64,000 nt of DNA from Octopus vulgaris. Taxonomy: Eukaryota. The stretch lies in assembly GCA_951406725.2 (NCBI GenBank), contig OX597816.1, positions 178,126,001-178,190,000 of the forward strand, written 5' to 3'. The notes under the pieces were generated by a model. That model searched no databases. It was not told the origin of the DNA and worked only from the letters and a program-made list of their open reading frames with translations. Both the position numbers and the translations under genes were made by a program. Below, piece after piece: positions 55,354 to 64,000 of the stretch (position 1 is its first letter; every line of letters begins with the position of its first letter).

Positions 55354-55979
55354 CAATGCGATCGAAAATAATAAAAGTAGGTAGTGTGTGTATATGCATA
55401 TTTGAAGAGTTATTGAATATGCATATTTCAAGAGGCATTGTTCTTTCATCAACACTACATTACAATGTGGTGCTGATAAAAGAGCAATAACTACTGAAAT
55501 ATGCATATACACTCATTATTTTTCTATCTTCGATTGCATTGTTTACATCAGCGTATTCGTATAAGAAATGTCATTACTTTCAGTGCTGGCTGAATTCTAT
55601 AAAAAATGTGTGCAAATAAATTTTAAAGCATATATATATCTATCTATCTATATATATATATATATATATAGAAGCAAATTAGTTGGTCAAGAAAATCTCT
55701 ATGAGAGATGACTGCAGTGATTATACTGTGAAGCAAAGTTTATTGCCGCTTAAACGTGACCGTTCTGTAGGAGCCAACGTAACTCCTGTATTTAACCGCA
55801 GGAGGACGCCTCCTCCAGCTGCTAACTATATATACTTAAAAAGAAAATGTAGAAATGGTATGAAAGTATGTTTAAAAATTGTTTTAAATTTGTTACAGTG
55901 AATGCAAAATACTAAAGAATACTAGTAGAGATCCCCGGCGTTGCTCGAGAATAAAATGGCATAGTTTTTTTATTGTCTT

Positions 55980-56152
55980 GTTTGTTTTAGCCATGTGGCC
56001 ATGGTGGAGCACCGCCTTTAGTCGAACAAATCGATGCCAGAATTTATTCTTTGTAAGCCTAGTACTTATTCTCTCGGTATCTTTTGCTGAACCGCTGGGT
56101 TATGGGGAAGTAAACACAGCAACATCTGTTGTCAAGCGACGGTGGGGGTATA

Positions 56153-56222
<70 letters not shown>

Positions 56223-56307
56223 TATACATATACATATACGACAGTCTTCTTTCAGTTTCCGTGTACAAAATCCTCTCACAAGGCTTTGGTCGGCCTGAGG
56301 CTATAGT
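55980..56307 (-). mobile_element. SINE family A, diverged, head missing
   Basis: Body and tail match. Confidence 0.82.
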
Positions 56308-56329
56308 ATATATATATATATATATTTAT

Positions 56330-56409
<80 letters not shown>

Positions 56410-56457
56410 GGTGCTAACTTAACTGTATCTATTTTTAGTATTTTTTTATTATTATTA

Positions 56458-56501
<44 letters not shown>

Positions 56502-56841
56502 AGTAATTTTTATTAACTTTTATAGCTTTAGAATTTTATGAACTGTACCACGGATTTAATTATTATTTTTCATCTCCATATGTGTTAGCCCTTTTTTTTA
56601 TAAAAAAAACTATTAGCCAAATATGTATAATATCGGTACTTATTAATATTAATATATACACTGTTATGTATTTTGTTTTATATTGTTCTGTTTACCTTCC
56701 TTTTTGTACAAATGTGTATTATATTATATAAGTGTAGCATTATGATATATAAGTTTTTATATTTTACATTTTTATATTTTTATATTTATATGTATATGAT
56801 TATATAATATTTTTCACTATTATAACAAATTTAATTTAATT

Positions 56842-56949
56842 CTCTGAAGAGGCCGTGGGGCATCCTTGTTAATGCCTCATTTATACCTGCCTTTATGGCT
56901 TATAGGTTAAATGAGGTATGACTGTCCTCACTGCCGAAACAGCTGTCAG
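56842..56949 (+). ncRNA. Hammerhead with long hairpin stem II
   Basis: CT-CTGAAGA-GGC-C-GTGGGG...ATGCCTCATTTA..TAAATGAGGTAT...CCTCAC-T-GCC-GAAAC-AGCT-GTC-AG. Confidence 0.72.
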
Positions 56950-57399
56950 TTTTGATTTATTTGCATATTATATTTGAAATTTTTTACTTATATCTCTTTA
57001 TCTTTTTACTTTTACTATTACTGTATATCTCATTTCATTTTATATATTGCCTTTACTCATATGTAATGGTGTATTAAAGTATGGATTGAGTATCATCGGA
57101 TAGTTGATGTTTTACTGATTTAAGTATGTTTCTCCATTCTCTAATTTTGTAGTATTAATTTACGGTAATATTATTACCTTTACCCATTTAATACAATAGA
57201 TGAACTGATTGCTTGACAATTTTTAACATCTATGTATTATTTTTGTTGGGTACCTATCTAGCAGTATATTGGATATATATTATCCCATGGTGGGTTGAAT
57301 TTTCAACCCCTATCTCATTTTATAATATACATATATATATATATATGGATGTTTCAATATTGTGGTTTATATTTGTTAATGACTCGTTTTTCTATATCT

Positions 57400-58290
57400 A
57401 TTCTCTGTTATTGGGTGAAAGTGACCGAGCAGTTGCACAGGGGAAAGATTTTACGTAGGGGCTTTTTTCTTACTCATTACGATATTTGTCGGTATGCTGT
57501 TCCATTGAAGGTAAAACAATTGTTCCGCAGAATGAATTTTAGTTCGTCAATGATAAAGTCTTTTTCGATGCGTGTCGGTTGTTCAGATTTGTGTGTGTCT
57601 AACCAGTATTGTGTTGCAGGAAACAAAAATTGTTTTCACTTACCGTTTTTGGCAGATGATTCAGCATGTCTAGGTCATCTGGTATGTCGCTCTGTACATG
57701 TTTTAGGAAGGGCTTAAGGAGTATGTCTAAGAAGTTAGTTTATGAGTTTCACACGCAGGACCTTAAATCATCCGGAGGTGCTAACGGCATGCATTTTTTT
57801 GTTGAGGATTTACAAGCTTCACATATTAGTTTGCATTTGTGTATTTTTGGTAAACCGTATACAGTGCTCGTTTTGCATTTGAAGCGCATTCTTAGCTGGT
57901 TAAGCTTTCATGGTACTTCTTTAGAAAAGTTCGGAGGTTGTCTATTATCTTTTATTACTTGTAATTGGTCGTTTTTCATAATTGCTGTCTTCTAACAATC
58001 TAAATGCTAGGTCTTTATAGTATTCTGCAGCCATGATTACTACTGTACGGCATTTATCGGATTCTTTAATGGTTATTTCAGTGTTTTATTGTAAATCAAA
58101 TAGGTTCTTTTACTCATATTTTGTGAAGTTTGATTCGGTGTTTCTATTTTCACTTTTTTCCGAGAAGAAGTTTATGATGTGTTCGCAGTAGGTATCTAGT
58201 GTTTAGTCCTTTCTTTTCTTTGGGCAGGAATCACTTTTATTTCTCACTAATGATTTGTCTTCATTGTCATTGTTGTTAGAGAAGTATTCG
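57400..58290 (-). mobile_element. Penelope-like RT remnant
   Basis: ITIKESDKCRTVVIMAAEYYKDLAFRLLEDSNYE (~ADKGxxVVIM), VYGLPKIHKC, FLDILLKPFLKHVQSDIPDDLDMLNHLP, EKAPT (~MGxxxAPT). Confidence 0.85.
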
Positions 58291-58399
58291 GTTATCAAAC
58301 AAGTGCTAAATAAATGGATTGAATAACGTTCAACGAGTCAGTGACAGTGTATTCCTCAAAAAAAAAACAATCTCTTCCTGGTGAGTTCCCATATAAACC

Positions 58400-59200
58400 C
58401 AGACGTGCAGGGCTTACATAACCCAGCAAAGACCTGGAAGAGAAACAGTCTGTAGAGCACGAAAGTTATGCTTGGCTCTGTTTCCCGTAAACTATAAAAA
58501 AAAATGATAATACTAACATGAAGGTAGCCTCTCTCCTAGACTCGTAACCGCTACATCTCGTGACATCTTGAAGGTTACCCTTTTGCAATCTAAGAGCAGG
58601 AGATAGCTTCAAAATATTTCATGAACAAACGGACATCAAAGTCCTTAAAGTCTCGAGTATGATTATGTCACTCTTCTGTGGAAGTCATAACACATGTATA
58701 TTATCAGTCGTCCAAAACTGTCATCAAGGTACTACCTCTGACGGTGCCATTTTGTTGTTGCTTAAGCAATATACAAGGCCATCCGCAGAAAACACTGTCC
58801 TGTGATAAATATAATCACCTCTGCTTTGGAATACGTACATGCATAGCAGCACAAGAAATATTGGTGAAACATATCCATTAAAACACCTATCAAGTGTGAG
58901 AATAACAGATATGACAGAGTTATTTGGAGGCAGAAAAGAAGTATTGTACAGCCGTAGAGGTTAGTTGCCCTCAAAATGTGAACATCTCAGCGAGAAGAAG
59001 AATATCTGTAGACAACTTCTTCAAAAACTGCAACTCCACTTCATTGACTATAAATTCACATTCATACCAGAATTCATTAGGGCTCTCGTTATGTTAGTAA
59101 ATGTCAAAACCACAATCCGGAGAGGCTAGGATTTTCAGGTAAAGATGGGCCTAGACGAACTTTACAGATACAAACTGTCAGTGAAACAATAGAAATAGAC
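58400..59200 (-). mobile_element. Possible very old RTE-like LINE remnant
   Basis: Weak motifs only: LYGCTIL (~LYGCETW) and FHQYFL (~FHQRCL). Confidence 0.3.
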
Positions 59201-59589
59201 AAGACCTACTTAACGTTCGTTATGTTCCATCCATTTATTGCTGTTACCCAAAGTCCAGTGGTAGAATTTTTGTTTCTATCTTACAAACCAACTTCCTCAC
59301 TTTAGAAAGAATATTAATAAATAAAAAAGAAAAAGGCACACAAAAACATGGTTGCATGCATCCATCCATCCATCCATCCATACATACATACATACATACA
59401 TACATACACACATACATACATACATACACACATACATACATACATACAAGGAGTGGTTATATTTAACATTAGCATAAAAAACAGCAACAATAAGTTTGAA
59501 TGGAAGTTAACGAGTGAGTTTCAATTTGATAGTTTAACCCGTTGGTGACAGACCAAATCTCCCTCAAATTACTTCTTAGCCTCTTTACT

Positions 59590-59943
59590 CTCTTTTACTC
59601 TTTTACTTGTTTCAGTCATTTGACTGCGGCCATGCTGGAGCACCGCCTTTAGTCGAGCAAATCGACCCCGGGATTTATTCTTTGTAAGCGCAGTACTTAT
59701 TCTATCGGTCTCTTTTGCCGAACCGCTAAGTGACGGGGACATAAACACACCAGCATTGGTTGTCAAGCAATGCTAGGGGTACAAACACAGACACACAAAC
59801 ATATACATATATATACATATATACGACGGGATACTTTCAGTTTCCGTCTACCAAATCCACTCACAAGGCTTTGGTCGGCCCGTGGCTATAGTAGAAGACA
59901 CTTGCCCAAGGTGCCACGCAGTGGGACTGAACCCGGAACCATG
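59590..59943 (-). mobile_element. SINE family A, 5' clipped
   Basis: Body and tail match. Confidence 0.9.
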
Positions 59944-61244
59944 TTTACAAAGGCCAAAAAATGGAAACAGAAAGAGAAACAGAAGACTGTAAAATGTAAT
60001 CTACGGTACTCACTGTTGAACATAAGATGGAATCGATCCTGATTGAAATGCCAGAGCCGGATATTGACGACGATCAAGCTAAAAATGTGACGCAACAAAT
60101 CTCTGGACATAAACATACCGATGGAAATGTAAGTGATGCACGGACTCAAATAAAGGCATATACAGTGGAAAGAGCTTATTCGTATCGGAATATATGAATG
60201 ATGAGTGGACTCAACACTTAATACTTCCACGCAAACTGGAATTAAAACTAATCGCAGAAGAGCCCAAACAACAAAGACAACTTAGGGAGAAATTAGTGCT
60301 CGAGAATATGAAAATAGAAGTTGAGTTACTTAAACTAAGAGCATCGAACAACGAACAAAAATATAAAACCATTGATGAAGAAATGCATATCAAACTCACT
60401 AAACATAATGAACAGCTTTTGAAAAGTGTTCTCAAACTATGGACATATGTGAGTCCGGAAAATAAATTCTCTTCAACAGTGGAAAAAAATGCCAATTTTT
60501 TCTTCATAACTCAGTTCAAAAGAGAGTACAGTTCCGTTAACTCCTTTCTGAAAATGTCCAGAATGAAAACCTATACAGAAATGACTAAACAACCAACTAG
60601 ATCAAACTATAAACATTTAAAAGAACACAACCTCAGAAAACTGACTTCTCATTTGGAAGTTAACCGTTCTCAAACTAGAAATAGGGACATCTCACAAATT
60701 AGAAAGACTAGAAAGATAAATTAAAAAGACTATTTTTTTAAGATGTATTATTTAGTATAGAAATTTTTAGTACAATATTAATAATGCTATATTTATATTT
60801 ATATTTTATTATAAATAATATCTTTCATTATGATCCCCACATTACACATAAAGACCATAAGCCCAACTTCCTCTCCAATCGAAAATTCAGGCTACTCAAC
60901 TGGAGAAATGCATTACTCTGGCACTCCGAGAGAGCAAGTTTCAGTTTTAAAAGCAAAAAACAAAATCCTTCTGAGCCTTGAAGTTCAAAGTTTATAACTA
61001 ATAACCATCCTAACAAATGTTTATGCCGAGCACATGAAACCTAACAAATGAATTAACAATCAAACTAAGAAAAGGTCAATACACTCACAGGTGGTGGACG
61101 AACAGTTGCATTCTAGACATTTGCGTCCCGGACAACTGCGTACCAGACAATTGCGTCCCTGGACATTTGCGTCCCTAGACAAATGCATACCTCTGGTAAT
61201 TTTTTAACATAAAAAAATTTTTACATGATTACTTTTTTTTTTAA

Positions 61245-62271
61245 TACACTTATTTTTTCACCAGTGCTTTATCCCCGAAGTCAAGGTTTATCTCGCCGAA
61301 AAAGGACTGGAATTCAAAGTGCTTCTCCTAATGGACAATGATGGAGGCAACGCGCTCGACCTGTCGTATGAGGGCGTACAAATCGAATTCTTACCGTCGG
61401 ACACCACATCGCTGATCCAGCCCGTGGATCAAGGCGTTATTCGTGCTTTTAAGGCGCTCTATACGTGAAACTCCCTGTAACACCTGGTCAAGGCTATGGA
61501 CTCAGATAATAACTTTTCGCTGAAGGAGTACTGTCATGGGTACACCATTGCAACATGTCTCCAAAATATTCAGAAGACCGTAAAGGAGATGAAGAACGAA
61601 ACTTTGAATGCCAGCTGAAAGAAATTGTGGCCAGAAGTGGTCCACGACTATAAAGGGTTCTCTCCTGACAAAATCCACCACATTGCAGTAAATAAGGCAG
61701 TGAAACTGACAACATTACTAGATGGCTTCACTGATATGACTTCCCGGGACGTTAATAACCTGATCGAGGCCGTCTCAGATCCGTTAACGGATGAAGATCT
61801 GACAGAGATGACGAAGTCAGCAAGTGAGGAAGAAGACGAAGAACAAGCGGTTCCAAGGGAAGAAGTCGGCCTAGAACTCTAACTAAAACTCCGATCGCTC
61901 TCAACCCTAACTAAAACGGCAAAAAAAAAAAGCATCAAAGAAGATTGGGACCCCATATGATTCGTGCGTTGCAGTTCAGAAATGCAATCGACGGAGCCAT
62001 GGAAGTTTATAAAAACCTCACAAAAGAAAAGGCAACGCCAGCAACTGCCCATCACTATGTTCCTCGCCCGCAAAAAAGGAGAAGACACGGGTACCCCTAA
62101 GAGCGTGCGGATTGTTTATAAAAGCTTAAATATATGAAAAAATAATAAAATAAATATATAGCAGCGATAAAGATAATTTTAAAAATATACAGTACTGTTT
62201 CTACTTCGCAGATTTTCACCTATCCCGAGGTTTTTTGGAACGTAACATCCGCGATAGTCGAGGGATTACTG
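61245..62271 (+). mobile_element. pogo/Tigger-like transposon 3' half
   Basis: FHQCFIPEVKVYLAEKGLEFKVLLLMDN...EFLPSDTTSLIQPVDQGVIRAFKALY (DDE_1). Terminal CCGCGATAGTCGAGGGATTACTG followed by TA. Confidence 0.9.
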
Positions 62272-62979
62272 TAATAGTAAATCCCCCTCACATCACATCC
62301 CACGCTTCAGGAATCTATATCGAATATTATAGTTTCAGGTGTTCTGTAGTTCAGGAAAGACACGGGATGGAAGGCTTTTTATTATATGCTTGCTTGATCA
62401 AGCCCGAGCTGGAGTTCAACAACATTTATATCACAATAAATTACTGTAAATTTACTAGGGCATCTTTAGAGTTACTGTTAAAATTCGTAAATATTTCTTA
62501 GCTCCAAGTTTTAAATTCTTGAGAAAAAATAAAGAAAATGAAACAAGCTGCCAGGTATTTTGCTGACAATATAATCCGGTTTATATAAACAAATTAACAA
62601 GGCGTTAACAATACAAGTAGATTTCGGTATTACAAATTGAATAAAGATTTCTTACATTGTTTCATTATGACAAATTCATAAAATAAGTGTAGATTAAATC
62701 ATGAATGTCTTTAAATAACCAAGATTACTAATGTGGCGTGAGTTATGAATAAATATATTTTATATTTTGCTTTTTCCGTCATTAGACTGCGGCCATGCTA
62801 GGATAATCCTTTGAATGATTTTAATCGAACGAATCAACCCCAGAACATTTTTTTCTAAGCCTAGTACTTATTCTGTCCGTCTCATATGCCGAATTGCTAG
62901 GTTACAGAGACGTTAACAAACAACGCTAGTTGTCAAGCGGTCGGTGGGGGACAAACTCAGACACGAAGACACACGTAGA

Positions 62980-63830
62980 TACGAGGTGGTATCGAAAGGT
63001 TATGTTTAGTAACTAGTTATTAAGCATAACCTAGTTATGTTTAATAAAAAAATAACTTATTTACCTAAGTTTTTAACATCATCTCCTTCGAAATAGTCAC
63101 CTTGCGCAGCAATACACTGATCCCAGCGTTCCTGTCGCTTTTGGAATCCAACTTGGAAGTCGTTTTCCGTCAGCGAGTCAAGAACCTTCTGTGATTTGCT
63201 CTCGATCTCGACGAAGGTGTTAACACGTTGACGTTTGAGCAGCATTTTCATCTTGGGGAAGAGATTGAAGCCCGCAGGTGTTAAACCTGGCGAAAGGGCG
63301 GGTGCAGAAACGATACCATGTTGTTTTTTATGAGAAACTCACGAGTGAGGAGAGCACGGTAAAGAATCTAATCTTTCGCGCCCCATAGATCCGGTCGTTG
63401 AATCGAATGTCCTCCCTCAAACGCTTCAAAACGGCCCTGGGGGTGGAGGAATTCTCGATGCACAATAACACATTTCCAGGGGTGACACCCATGGCACGTC
63501 TTCCAGATTGCTCATCGTCTTCCAGGGACGTTCTTCCACTTTTGAAGCGCCCGTTCCACTTTAAACATTGCGTACGACCCATAGCTTCGTTACCGTAAGC
63601 TTGCCGAAGCATGCTCAATGTCTCTATAGCAAATTTACCAAGTTTAACGCAGAATTTCACGTTGGTTCTTTGTTCCTGTCCATGACAAATCGCAGACTAC
63701 AGCATACACGTGATCCCCAAAACACAAATTTCACAACTTGTGAAGTAAACATAGCAATGCCACTTTGCACACTGTCTCATGAAGACCACTGCTAGCTCTC
63801 ACTGCGCACTCAACCGTATGCTGCCATCTG
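62980..63830 (-). mobile_element. Internally deleted mariner transposon
   Basis: KFCVKLGKFAIETLSMLRQAYG...FKSGRTSLEDDEQSGR and C-terminal RWDQCIAAQGDYFEGD. TIR-like TACGAGGTGGTATCGAAAG at 62980. Confidence 0.9.
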
Positions 63831-63854
63831 TTGATATTCCCTTGTGTACAGATA

Positions 63855-63985
63855 TATGACGGGCTTCTTTCAATTTCCATCTACCAAAATCCACTCACAT
63901 GGCTTTGGTCGGCACGAGGCTATAGTAGAGGACGCTTGCCCAAGGTGCCACGCAGTAGAACTGAACCTGGAACCATGTGGTTGGA
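63855..63985 (-). mobile_element. SINE family A 5' part
   Basis: Matches the family A body; an old 3' part lies at ~62780-62978 on the other side of the mariner. Confidence 0.8.
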
Positions 63986-64000
63986 ATAAATAAATTATGA

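Overview
Repeat-saturated, AT-rich animal genomic DNA, most likely Octopus (inferred from the SINE families and the dense TA, CATA, GATA and TAA microsatellites). The only host gene I can support is the first coding exon of GTP cyclohydrolase I (GCH1/folE; minus strand, 28245-28587), with a candidate CRE-TATA-Inr promoter about 1 kb upstream. I found no further GCH1 exon, so 1-28244 is probably intron. The rest is mobile DNA: more than 25 SINE copies from four families, decayed CR1-like and R4/Dong LINEs, several Penelope-like element (PLE) remnants, a Gypsy gag fragment, Tc1, mariner, pogo and hAT DNA transposons, and Helitron pieces. Two things stand out. (1) About 15-20 sequence-diverse minimal type I hammerhead ribozyme motifs (CUGANGA-stem II-GAAAC-palindromic loop-GUH) are scattered through the window, many as head-to-head fold-back pairs at TA microsatellites. 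(2) A decayed PLE at about 42.4-46.0 kb has a 2A-like motif (DPSVEPNPGP) and a Ulp1/C48-like cysteine protease domain ahead of the PLE VINLS...GLSFCP motif. All calls come from reading and translating by eye, so boundaries are approximate.
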